Source: Macrostomum hystrix (taxonomy: Eukaryota; Animalia; Platyhelminthes). Taken from it: a stretch of DNA of 64,000 bases. Of this stretch, positions 12,401 to 24,400 are shown one piece after another; the first letter of the stretch is position 1, and every line of letters starts with the position of its first letter. The position numbers were made by a program, and so were the translations under genes. Location of the stretch: NCBI GenBank assembly GCA_950097015.1, contig CATNEN010000039.1, forward strand, positions 3,224,001-3,288,000, given 5' to 3'. The notes below the pieces were generated by a model. The model ran no database searches and had not been told where the DNA came from. It was given only the letters and a program-made list of their open reading frames with translations.

Positions 12401-15400
12401 AAATTCCACTGTTAGAGGGAATTGATTTTCAATGCATTTTGCATAGTTTTATGTATTCTCTGCATGCTTATTCATCCAGGTGTAAATCAAAAGTCTTTCA
12501 CACCCTGCACAACGCTGTCCGTGGCCTGTTTCACGCAGGCCACGCCACAGGCGCCCCTGTCAGCGAAGAACTCCTGCTCAGCGAGGCTCCGGCAGGCGGT
12601 TGTGTTCTTGACCATCGCAGGCAGGCAGGCGCCAGTGCTGGCCGAGTAGCGATAGCGCAGGTCGCCGCCATCTGGCGACTGCGCGGCCGTGAAGTCCAGA
12701 CAGGCGAGTGCGGAGCTCGGCATGGCGCACCGGGAGCTGAGGTCGTCTAATGAATAAGCGTTCAGGTGTTCATTTTATCAGGCATTGGCGTAGCCAGGAT
12801 TTTTGTCTAGTGGGCCGTCTTTTGGGGGCGCCACTACCAGGGGGGCGCCACTACCAGGGGGCGCCACTACCAGGGGGGCGCCACTACCAGGGGGGCGCCA
12901 CTACCAGGGGGCGCCACTACCAGGGGGGCGCCACTACCAGGGGGCGCCACTACCAGGGGGGCGCCACTACCAGGGGGGCGCCATTACCAGTGGGGGCCAA
13001 TGCCAATACTAGGAGCCGGGGTGCCACCACCACGGGGCGTCCTTACTTACTTTTCAGGGGGGCCTGGGGCACCTGACGCACAGACACAGGAACGGCATGC
13101 CCCCAGGCCGGCGAACTAGGCGAAAGCCGCCCATCGCGCCGCCTCCCCTGAGCAGGCACCTCACACACACACAGCAGCAAGCCAAGCGGGGAAGGGGGCG
13201 GCAGCCGGAGTGCCTCTCACCCCAGGCCCGCACACGCACAGAGCAGACCAAGCCGGGGCGGAAGGCTGATAGAAATCAGTCCTCAGGGGGGGCCTGGTGG
13301 CGAGTGTACACTTTATCCAATCGCGCTGACGGAAATCCAGATGAGCACGCCGCGGTGTACACCCGCCCCCCAGCCACCCCCCCGCAAGGTCTAACGCACC
13401 AGCGCCAACGCACATAACTCATACAACGCAGAACAGGCACACAGAAGGTAGGAGCGAAGCTATTTTTCAAGCTTTGATTGCACGAAATATGGTGCACCTC
13501 CGCCGGTCGCTACTGTCCAAACCCCCCCAACAAGTACCGAAATTAATCGTGACTTGAAGGGTGAATCGAACTAGCGTCCTTTGGAGTGCGAGGCAGCGAC
13601 GTTAGCCGCTGACCCCACTCGCCCCTTAAACCACGGGGCGTCCGTATCAGGGGGCGCCGCTACTCGGACTACTCATCCAGATGATCACAGTGCATGTTCT
13701 CACGCTGAAATCGCCTAAGGCAGCTGGCCTCGCACATGGCGAGGGTGTCGAATCGATTCGCCGAACCGTTGTCCAACAGTGAGTACTCGTAAGCGGCGCA
13801 GAGGCCATTGTTTGGCACGTAGCCGAAGGCCGATCGAGAGCTCGGGCTAGACAGCATCGGCGATGTCGGCACACCGTTGAAGCCGCCGGTCTCTTGACGG
13901 CACGGTTCATAGTCTGGGTATGTGTACCGGACACAACGTTTATCATGTACGCGTGACAACTGACAAACATGCGTGCCCGGAACATACTAACCCGTACTCT
14001 TGAAGAATTTCTCTCAACTATAAACTTTCGACGCTAGACACTAGACCCGCAGCCAGCGACGACCTCATTTCACTGACTCCTGAGCACGCACGCACACAGA
14101 TACCGTACGCAGGCATGCGCTCACACAGGGTGTCTACATCTTCCCTGACTTTCTCATCGTCAGGGCCGAGGTTGGCCCTCGGGCATAAATTGCACAAGCC
14201 CCCAAGCCTTCTCTCCGCGGCTGGGCCCCAAATGAATGTGGCCTCGCCGCGGAGTCAAACTTCGAGACCTTGGCGCAAACGCGCAAACGCGCAAACCAAC
14301 AGAACTTCTGCTACAGAACGTCGAAAATTCAAGAGATTAAAAGCATTGATTTCATTTGCTCTTGATTTTTTATTAATGAAATTCAGTTTTCGCTAAATGA
14401 GTTGCCAATGACCGTCATGTATGAACATACGCATTTTGTACGCACCTAACAGTCTCGACACATCTTGCGACCTGCGCACCCGGATGGTCGGCTGGCAACT
14501 GACCTTACGCCAGGCCACGACATTGTTTAGACCCCGGCAGAAGCTCATCGACACCGGCTGGTCGCCCAGTTGACACGTTGGTGTCAAAATCCTGTAATTC
14601 CCGGCGCTGCAGTTGTCATGCTGCCATGTCACGGTGTAGTTCTTGTTCACTGGGTCGCAATGCTCTTTGTAAACACAGCTGCGCAACAGTTCTTTAGACT
14701 GCTCAACAGTGAGCTGCTCAATGCAGGTTCTCAAAGGCAGAGGGTCTCTGTACGCATCCACACACCACACCTCTCTGGTCATGTAGCTCTCCTGGGTCAT
14801 GTGGTCGCACACGCACTGTAAAAAGTTTGTGTTAATTAACAAGTCTTTGAGAATGCGCAATAATTTACGCTGACGATAAGAAAGTGTCAATGGAATTGGC
14901 AGATGTCAGTCAGTCGCGACGGATTTCGGTGCCCATAGTACCACTGTGAACATTATTGCAGTCATTTGTTTTTGGACTCAGACAAGATTTACCTCTCATT
15001 ACCTCTCTCTCAATGCGTTAAAAGTCATGAATATTAAAGCAATGTAATCTGACGTCACTCTATTGACAAAGCCTCATATATATTATTGTGTTGCAAAATA
15101 ACGAAATTCGCAATATTAGCACTACTCACCTCAGACCATGGAGAAAAATCCAGGCCCGAAAACTGTTTAGTGTCGTTAAATACCAGGTACGGGTAATCCG
15201 TTCCCTCAACACCAGCATGAGCTCGAACTGAAGTTGCCGAACAGAAAGATAAGGCATATCAAAACAGCAGAAAGACAGACCCGCTAATTCCAACTGATCA
15301 CTTACGTCCGATTTCACGCACGTCCTGGAATTTTCAAATAAAGGAAAACTATGAACAATGTGCATATATCCCAGTAGGAAGTTGAAATTGGAAATAAGAA

Positions 15401-18400
15401 ACACTCACACTTTTTTATAAAACTCAAACTTACCCCAGAGTCAATGCCGCGCATCGGCGGAAAAGGAGTCGAAAACAACAAAGGCGAAGCTGCAAATTGC
15501 ACAATTAATGTTTCTCAGAATGCCATTACACCTGCAGTTACTCTTTCAAGTACTACAAAAATATGTAATCAAGTATAAAAAAACGAACCCGTCGAAAGGA
15601 AAGGCAAAAGAAGACGAGGCAACGCTGTCGTGAAAATGCTAACACTAGGAGTACTACTTTTCATACTTCTCAAACCCACAGTCAAGGGCGAGACAGTAGA
15701 TATAGCGCTTGATAGCGAGTCAGTCTCAACCCCAAATGTCGCAGCCACTGTAAAGCCCTCGGTCGAAGCCGACTCAGTGCTCAATGTCGCCGCGGTGGAT
15801 TCCAATCTGCTTACAGTCGGCGTCTCGACTCTCGCTTTACTTGTGGCTTCTGGCTCGCCCGTAGCAGCAGTCGAAATTGCAATAGATGGCGATTCAGTCT
15901 CGATGCTTGGTGTCACGGAAGCAGAAGAGCTCTCGGTCGAAGCCGACACCGTACTCATCGCAGTCGCTTCCCAAGTGCTTACAGTCGGCGTCTCGACTCT
16001 CGCTGTACTTGAGGCTTCTGGCTCACCTGTTACAGCAGTCGAAATGGCAATAGATGACGATTCAGTCTCGATGCTTGATGTCACGGAAGCAGAAGAGCTC
16101 TCGGTCGAAGCCGACACCGTACTCATCGCAGTCGCTTCCCAAGTGCTTACAGTCGGCGTCTCGACTCTCGCTGTACTTGAGGCTTCTGGCTCGCTCGTTG
16201 CTGCAGTCAAAGCTGCACTGGATGGCGATTCAGTCTCGATGCTTGGTGTCAAAGAGGCAGAAGAGCTCTCGGTCGAAGCCGACACCGTACTCGTCGCAGT
16301 CGCTTCTGAAGTGCTTACAGTGGGCGTCTCGACTCTCGCTGTACTTGTGGCTTCTGGCTCACCTGTTGCAGCAGTCGAAATTGTAATAGATGGCGATTCA
16401 GTCTCGATGCTAGGTGTCGCAGCGGCAGAAGAGCGCCCGGCGGAAGCCGACTCTGCACTCGTCGCAGTCGCTTCCGAAGTGCTTACAGTCGGCGTCTCGA
16501 CTCTCGCTGCGCTTGTGGCTTCTTGCTCGCCCGTTGATGCAGTCAAAGCTGCACTGGATGGCGATTCAGTCTCGATGTTTGGTGTCAAAGAGGCAGAAGA
16601 GCTCTCGGTTGAAGACGACAACGTACTCGTCGCAGTCGCTTCCGAAATGCTTACAGTGGGCGTCTCGACTCCCGCTGTACTTGTGGCTTCTTGCTCGCCC
16701 GTTGTTGCAGTCGAAATTGCAATAGATGGCGATTCAGTCTCGATGCTTGGTGTCGAAGCGGAAAAGGAGGTCACGGTGGAGGCCGACTCCGAACTTGTCG
16801 CACTCGCTTCCGAAGCGCCTACGGTCCACGTCTCGACTCTCGCTGTACTTGTGGCTTCTGGCTCGCCCGTAGCAGCAGTCGAAATTGCAATAGATGGCGA
16901 TTCAGTCTCGATGCTTGGTGTCACGGAAGCAGAAGAGCTCTCGGTCGAAGCCGACACCGTACTCATCGCAGTCGCTTCCCAAGTGCTTACAGTCGGCGTC
17001 TCGACTCTCGCTGTACTTGAGGCTTCTGGCTCACCTGTTACAGCAGTCGAAATGGCAATAGATGACGATTCAGTCTCGATGCTTGATGTCACGGAAGCAG
17101 AAGAGCTCTCGGTCGAAGCCGACACCGTACTCATCGCAGTCGCTTCCCAAGTGCTTACAGTCGGCGTCTCGACTCTCGCTGTACTTGAGGCTTCTGGCTC
17201 ACCTGTTACAGCAGTCGAAATGGCAATAGATGACGATTCAGTCTCGATGCTTGATGTCTTGGAAGAAGAAGAGCTCTCGGTCGAAGCCGACACCGTACTC
17301 GTCGTAGTCGCTTCCGAAGTGCTTACAGATGGCGTCTCGACTCTCGTTGCGCTTGAGGCTTCTGGCTCGCTCGTTGCCGCAGTCGAAGCTGCACTGGATG
17401 ACGATTCAGTCTCTAAGCTTTGTGTCGCACCGACCGTTGATTCTGTAGGAGCAGGTGACTCATGTGTTGATGTCGCTGACGTTTGAAGTTTACTTGCATT
17501 CAGTCTTGTGTCATCCAGGACTTGGCTAGGCTTCGTCTCCTTTGTTTTTGTATATACTTCAGTCTCAATAGCAGCAGCAGTAGTACTAATATCAACTGAT
17601 GGAAAATTAGTATGCAACGCCGTTGCTGTCCCCATATCAACGATTGATGGCACGGCGGCAGTGGAGCCCTCTGTCGAAGCCGACTCCGTTCTCGTCGCAG
17701 TAGCTTCCGAAGAGCTTACAGTCGGCGTCTCGACTCTCGCTGTACTTGAGGCTTCTGGCTCACCTGTTGCAGCAGTCGAAATTGTAATAGATGGCGATTC
17801 AGTCTCGATGCTTGATGTCTTGGAAGAAGAAGAGCTCTGTGTCGAAGCCGACACCATACCCGTCGTAGTCGCTTCCGAAGTGCTTACAGATGGCGTCTCG
17901 ACTCTCGCTGTACTTGTGGCTTCTGGCTCGCCCGTTGCTCCAGTCAAGGCTGCACTGGATGGCGATTCAGTCTCGATGCTTGGTGTCGAAGCGGAAAAAG
18001 AGGTCACGGTGGAGGCCGACTCCAAACTTGTCGCACTCGCTTCCGAAGTGCCTACGGTCCGCGTCTCGACTCTCGCTGTGCTTGTGGCTTCTGGCGCGCT
18101 CGCTTCTGCAGTCGAAGCTGCACTGAATGGCGATTCAGTCTCGATGCTTCGTGTTGCAGCAGCAGAAGAGCTCTCGGTCGAAACCTGGCTCGCGTCTGAA
18201 GTGCTTACAGTCGGTGTCTCGACTCTCGCTGTGATTGTGGCTTCTGGCTCACCTGTTGCAGCAGTCGAAATTGTAATAGATGGCGATTCAGTCTCGATGC
18301 TTGGTGTTACGTAAGAAGAAGAGTTCTCGGTCGAAGCCGACACCGTACTCGTCGCAGTCGCTTCTGAAGTGCTTACGGTCGGCGTCTCGACTCTCGCTTT

Positions 18401-21400
18401 ACTTGAGGCTTCTGGCGCGCTCGTTGCTGCAGTCAAAGCTGCACTGGATGGCGATTCAGTCTCGATGCTTCGTGTCGCGGAAGCAGAAGAGCTCCCGGTT
18501 GAAGCCGACACCGTACTCGTCGCAGTCGCTTCCGAAGTGCTTACAGATGGCGTCTTGACTCCCGCTGCGCTTGAGGCTTCTGGCTCGCTCGTTGCTGCAG
18601 TCGAAGCTGCACTGGATGGCGATTCAGTCTCGATGCTTGGTGTCGAATCGGTAGAAGAGGTCACGGTGGAGGCCGACTCCGAACTTGTCGCACTCGCTTC
18701 GGAAGTGCCTACGGTCCGCGTCTCGACTCTTGCTGTACTTGTGGCTTCTGTCTTGCCCGTAGCAGCAGTCGAGGCTGCACTGGATGACGATTCAGTCTCG
18801 ATGCTTGGTGTCTTGGAAGCAGAAGAACTCTCGGTCGAAGCCGACACCGTACTCGTCGCAGTCGCTTCCGAAGTGCTTACAGATGGCGTCTCGACTCCCG
18901 CTGCGCTTGAGGCTTCTGGCTCGCTCGTTGCTGCAGTCCAAGCTGCACTGGATGGCGATTCAGTCTCGATGCTTGGTGTCGAAGCGGAAAAAGAGGTCAC
19001 GGTGGAGGCCGACTCCGAACTTGTCGCACTCGCTTCCGAAGTGCCTACGGTCCGAGTCTCGACTCTCGCTGTGCTTGTGGCTTCTGGCGCGCTCGCTTCT
19101 GCAGTCGAAGCTGCACTGGATGGCGATTCAGTCTCGATGCTTCGTGTTGCGGCAGCAGAAGAGCTCTCGGTCGAAACCTGGCTCGCTTCTGAAGTGCTTA
19201 CAGTCGGTGTCTCGACTCTCGCTGTGCTTGAGGCTTCTGGCTCGCTCAATGTTGCACTTGAAGCTGCACTGGAAGGCGATTCAGTCTCGATGCTTGGCGT
19301 CGAATCGGTAGAAGAGGTCACGGTGGAGGCCGACTCCGAACTTGTCGCACTCGCTTCGGAAGTGCCTACGGTCCGCGTCTCGACTCTTGCTGTACTTGTG
19401 GCTTCTGTCTTGCCCGTAGCAGCAGTCGAAGCTGCACTGGATGACGATTCAGTCTCGATGCTTGGTGTCACGGAAGCAGAAGAACTCTCGGTCGAAGCCG
19501 ACACCGTACTCGTCGCAGTCGCTTCCGAAGTGCTTACGGTCGGCGTCTCGACTCTCGCTGTGATTGTGGCTTCTGGCTCGCCCGTTGCTCCAGTCAAAGC
19601 TGCACTGGATGGCGATTCAGTCTCGATGCTTGGTGTCGAAGCGGAAAAAGAGGTCACGGTGGAGGCCGACTCCGAACTTGTCGCACTCGCTTCCGAAGTG
19701 CCTACGGTCCGCGTCTCGACTCTCGCTGTGCTTGTGGCTTCTGGCGCGCTCGCTTCTGCAGTCGAAGCTGCACTGGATGGCGATTCAGTCTCGATGCTTC
19801 GTGTTGCGGCAGCAGAAGAGCTCTCGGTCGAAACCTGGCTCGCTTCTGAAGTGCTTACAGTCGGTGTCTCGAATCTCGCCGTGATTGTGGCTTCTGGCTC
19901 GCTCGTTGCTGCCGTGGAAGCTGCACGAGATGGCGATTCAGTCTCGATGCTTCGTGTCGCGGAAGCAGAAGAGCTCCCGGTTGAAGCCGACACTGTACTC
20001 GTCGCAGTCGCTTCCGAAGTGCTTACGGTCGGCGTCTCGACTCTCGCTGTGCTTGTGGCTTCTGGCTCACCTGTTGCAGCAGTCGAAATTGTAATAGATG
20101 GCGATTCAGTCTCGATGCTTGGTGTCACGGAAGCAGAAGAACTCTCGGTCGAAGCTGACACCGTACTCGTCGCAGTCGCTTCCGAAGTGCTTACAGATGG
20201 CGTCTCGACTCCCGCTGCGCTTGAGGCTTCTGGCTCGCCCGTTGCTCCAGTCAAAGCTGCACTGGATGGCGATTCAGTCTCGATGCTTGGTGTCGCGGCG
20301 GCAGAAGAGCTCCCGGTTGAAGCCGACACCGTACTCGTCGCAGTCGCTTCCGAAGTGCTTACAGATGGCGTCTCGACTCCCGCTGCGCTTGAGGCTTCTG
20401 GCTCGCTCGTTGCTGCAGTCCAAGCTGCACTGGATGGCGATTCAGTCTCGATGCTTGGTGTCGAAGCGGAAAAAGAGGTCACGCTGGAGGCCGACTCCGA
20501 ACTTGTCGCACTCGCTTCCGAAGTGCCTACGGTCCGAGTCTCGACCCTCGCTGTGCTTGTGGCTTCTGGCGCGCTCGCTTCTGCAGTCGAAGCTGCACTG
20601 GATGGCGACTCAGTCTCGATGCTTCTTGTTGCGGCAGCAGAAGAGCTCTCGGTCGAAACCTGGCTCGCTTCTGAAGTGCTAACAGTCGGTGTCTCGACTC
20701 TCACTGTGTTTGAGGCTTCTGGCTCGCTCGATGTTGCACTTGAAGCTGCACTGGAAGGCGATTCAGTCTCGATGCTTGGTGTCGAATCGGTAGAAGAGGT
20801 CACGGTGGAGGCCGACTCCGAACTTGTCGCACTCGCTTCGGAAGTGCCTACGGTCCGCGTCTCGACTCTTGCTGTACTTGTGGCTTCTGTCTTGCCCGTA
20901 GCAGCAGTCGAAGCTGCACTGGATGACGATTCAGTCTCGATGCTTGGTGTCACGGAAGCAGAAGAGCTCTCGGTCGAAGCCGACACTGTACTCGTCGCAG
21001 TCGCTTCCGAAGTGCCTACGGTCCGCGTCTCGACTCTCGCTGTACTTGTGGCTTCTGGCTCGCCCGTAGCAGCAGTCGAAATTGCAATAGATGGCGATTC
21101 TGTCTCGATGCTTGGGGTCTTGGAAGCAGAAGAGCTCTCGGTCGAAGCCGACACCGTACTCGTCGCAGTCGCTTCCGAAGTGCTTACAGATGGCGTCTTG
21201 ACTCCCGCTGCGCTTGAGGCTTCTGGCTCGCTCGTTGCTGCAGTCGAAGCTGCACTGGATGGCGATTCAGTCTCGATGCTTGGTGTCGCGGCGGCAAAAG
21301 AGCTCCCGGTTGAAGCCGACACCGTACTCGTCGCAGTCGCTTCCCAAGTGCTTACAGTCGGCGTCTCGACTCTCGCTGTACTTGAGGCTTCTGGCTCACC

Positions 21401-24400
21401 TGTTGCAGCAGTCGAAATTGTAATAGATGGCGATTCAGTCTCGATGCTTCGTGTTGCGGCAGCAGAAGAGCTCTCGGTCGAAACCTGGCTCGCTTCTGAA
21501 GTGCTTACAGTCGGTGTCTCGAATCTCGCCGTGATTGTGGCTTCTGGCTCGCTCGTTGCTGCCGTGGAAGCTGCACTAGATGGCGATTCAGTCTCGATGC
21601 TTCGTGTCGCGGAAGCAGAAGAGCTCCCGGTTGAAGCCGACACTGTACTCGTCGCAGTCGCTTCCGAAGTGCTTACGGTCGACGTCTCGACTCTCGCTGT
21701 ACTTGTGGCTTCTGGCTCGCCCGTAGCAGCAGTCGAAATTGCAAAAGATGGCGATTTAGTCTCGATGCTTGGTGTCACGGAAGCAGAAGAGCTCTCAGTC
21801 GAAGCCGACACCGGACTCGTCGCAGTCGCTTCCGAAGTGCCTACTGTCTGCGTCTTGACTCTCGCTGTGATTGTGGCTTCTGGCGCGCTCGTTGCTGCAG
21901 TAGAAGCTGCACTGGATTGCGATTCAGTCTCGATGCTTGGTGTCGCGGCGGCAGAAGAGCTCCCGGTTGAAGCCGACACCGTACTCGTCGCAGTCGCTTC
22001 CGAAGTGCTTACAGTCGACGTCTCGACTCTCGCTGCGCTTGAGGCTTCTGGCTTGCTCGTTGCTGCAGTCCAAGCTGCACTGGATGGCGATTCAGTCTCG
22101 ATGCTTGGTGTCGAAGCGGAAAACGAGGTCACGGTGGAGGCCGACTCCGAACTTGTCGCAGTCGCTTCCGAAGTGCCTACAGTCGACGTCTCGACTCTCG
22201 CTGTACTTGAGGCTTCTGGCTCACCTGTTGCAGCAGTCGAAATTGTAATAGATGGCGATTCAGTCTCGATGCTTGGTGTCACGAAAGCAGAAGAACTCTC
22301 GGTCGATGCCGACACCGTACTCGTCGCAGTCGCTTCCGAAGTGCTTACGGTCGGCGTCTCGACTCTCGCTTTACTTGTGGCTTCTGGCTCGCTCGTTGTT
22401 GCACTTGAAAATGCACTGGAAGGCGATTCAGTCTCGATGCTTGGTGTCGAATCAATAGAAGAGGTCACGGTGGAGTCCGACTCCGAACTTTTCGCACTCG
22501 CTTCGGAAGTGCCTACGGTCCGCGTCTCGACTCTTGCTGTACTTGTGGCTTCTGTCTTGCCCGTAGCAGCAGTCGAAGCTGCACTGGATGACGATTCAGA
22601 CTCGATGCTTGGTGTCACGGAAGCAGAAGAGCTCTCGGTCGAAGCCGACACCGTACTCGTCGCAGTCGCTTCCGAAGTGCCTACTGTCCGCGTCTCGACT
22701 CTCGCTGTACTTGTGGCTTCTGGCTCGCCCGTAGCAGCAGTCGAAATTGCAATAGATGGCGATTCTGTCTCGATGCTTGGTGTCTTGGAAGAAGAAGAGC
22801 TCTCGGTCGAAGCCGACACTGTACTCGTCGCAGTCGCTTCCGAAGTGCTTACAGTCGACGTCTCGACTCCCGCTGCGCTTGAGGCTTCTGGCTCGCTCGT
22901 TGCTGCAGTCCAAGCTGCACTGGATGGCGATTCAGTCTCGATGCTTGGTGTCGAAGCGGAAAACGAGGTCACGGTGGAGGCCGACTCCGAACTTGTCGCA
23001 GTCGCTTCCGAAGTGCCTACAGTCGACGTCTCGACTCTCGCTGTACTTGAGGCTTCTGGCTCACCTGTTGCAGCAGTCGAAATTGTAATAGATGGCGATT
23101 CAGTCTCGATGCTTGGTGTCACGAAAGCAGAAGAACTCTCGGTCGAAGCCGACACCGTACTCGTCGCAGTCGCTTCCGAAGTGCTTACGGTTGGCGTCTC
23201 GACTCTCGCTGTACTTGTGGCTTCTGGCTCGCTCGTTGTTGCACTTGAAAATGCACTGGAAGGCGATTCAGTCTCGATGCTTGGTGTCGAATCGATAGAA
23301 GAGGTCACGGTGGAGTCCGACTCCGAACTTTTCGCACTCGCTTCGGAAGTGCCTACGGTCCGCGTCTCGACTCTTGCTGTACTTGTGGCTTCTGTCTTGC
23401 CCGTAGCAGCAGTCGAAGCTGCACTGGATGACGATTCAGACTCGATGCTTGGTGTCTTGGAAGAAGAAGAGCTCTCGGTCGAAGCCGACACTGTACTCGT
23501 CGCAGTCGCTTCCGAAGTGCTTACAGTCGACGTCTCGACTCCCGCTGCGCTTGAGGCTTCTGGCTCGCTCGTTGCTGCAGTCCAAGCTGCACTGGATGGC
23601 GATTCAGTCTCGATGCTTGGTGTCGAAGCGGAAAAAGAGGTCACGGTGGAGGCCGACTCCGAACTTGTCGCACTCGCTTCCGAAGTGCCTGCGGTCCGAG
23701 TCTCGACCCTCGCTGTGCTTGTGGCTTCTGGCGCGCTCGCTTCTGCAGTCGAAGCTGTACTGGATGGCGATTCAGTCTCGATGCTTCGTGTTGCGGCAGC
23801 AGAAGAGCTCTCGGTCGAAACCTGGCTCGCTTCTGAAGTGCTTACAGTCGGTGTCTCGACTCTCGCTGTGCTTGAGGCTTCTGGCTCGCTCGATGTTGCA
23901 CTTGAAGCTGCACTGGAAGGCGATTCAGTCTCGATGCTTGGTGTCGAATCGGTAGAAGAGGTCACGGTGGAGGCCGACTCCGAACTTGTCGCACTCGCTT
24001 CGGAAGTGCCTACGGTCCGCGTCTCGACTCTTGCTGTACTTGTGGCTTCTGTCTTGCCCGTAGCAGCAGTCGAAGCTGCACTGGATGACGATTCAGTCTC
24101 GATGCTTGGTGTCACGGAAGCAGAAGAGCTCTCGATCGAAGCCGAAACTGTACTCGTCGCAGTCGCTTCCGAAGTGCTTACAGTCGGTGTCTCGACTCTC
24201 GCTGTGCTTGAGGCTTCTGGCTCGCTCGTTGTTGCACTTGAAGCTGCACTGGATGGCGATTCATTCTCGATGCTTGGTGTCGAAGCGGAAAAAGAGGTCA
24301 CGGTGGAGGCCGACTCTGAACTTGTCGCACTCGCTTCCGAAGTGCCTACGGTCCGCGTCTGGACTCTCGCTGTGCTTGTGGCTTCTGGCGCGCTCGCTTC

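Noticed and set aside
12750-13497. Several ORFs over the G-rich repeat and GC-rich intron
   Set aside because: Translations of a frame-shifting minisatellite and low-complexity DNA inside a defined intron.
14125-14310. Possible extra minus-strand exon (QKFCWFARLRVC...EDVDTL)
   Set aside because: It fits only with the alternative 14504 donor, shows no domain similarity and is not needed for frame. Left unresolved rather than called.
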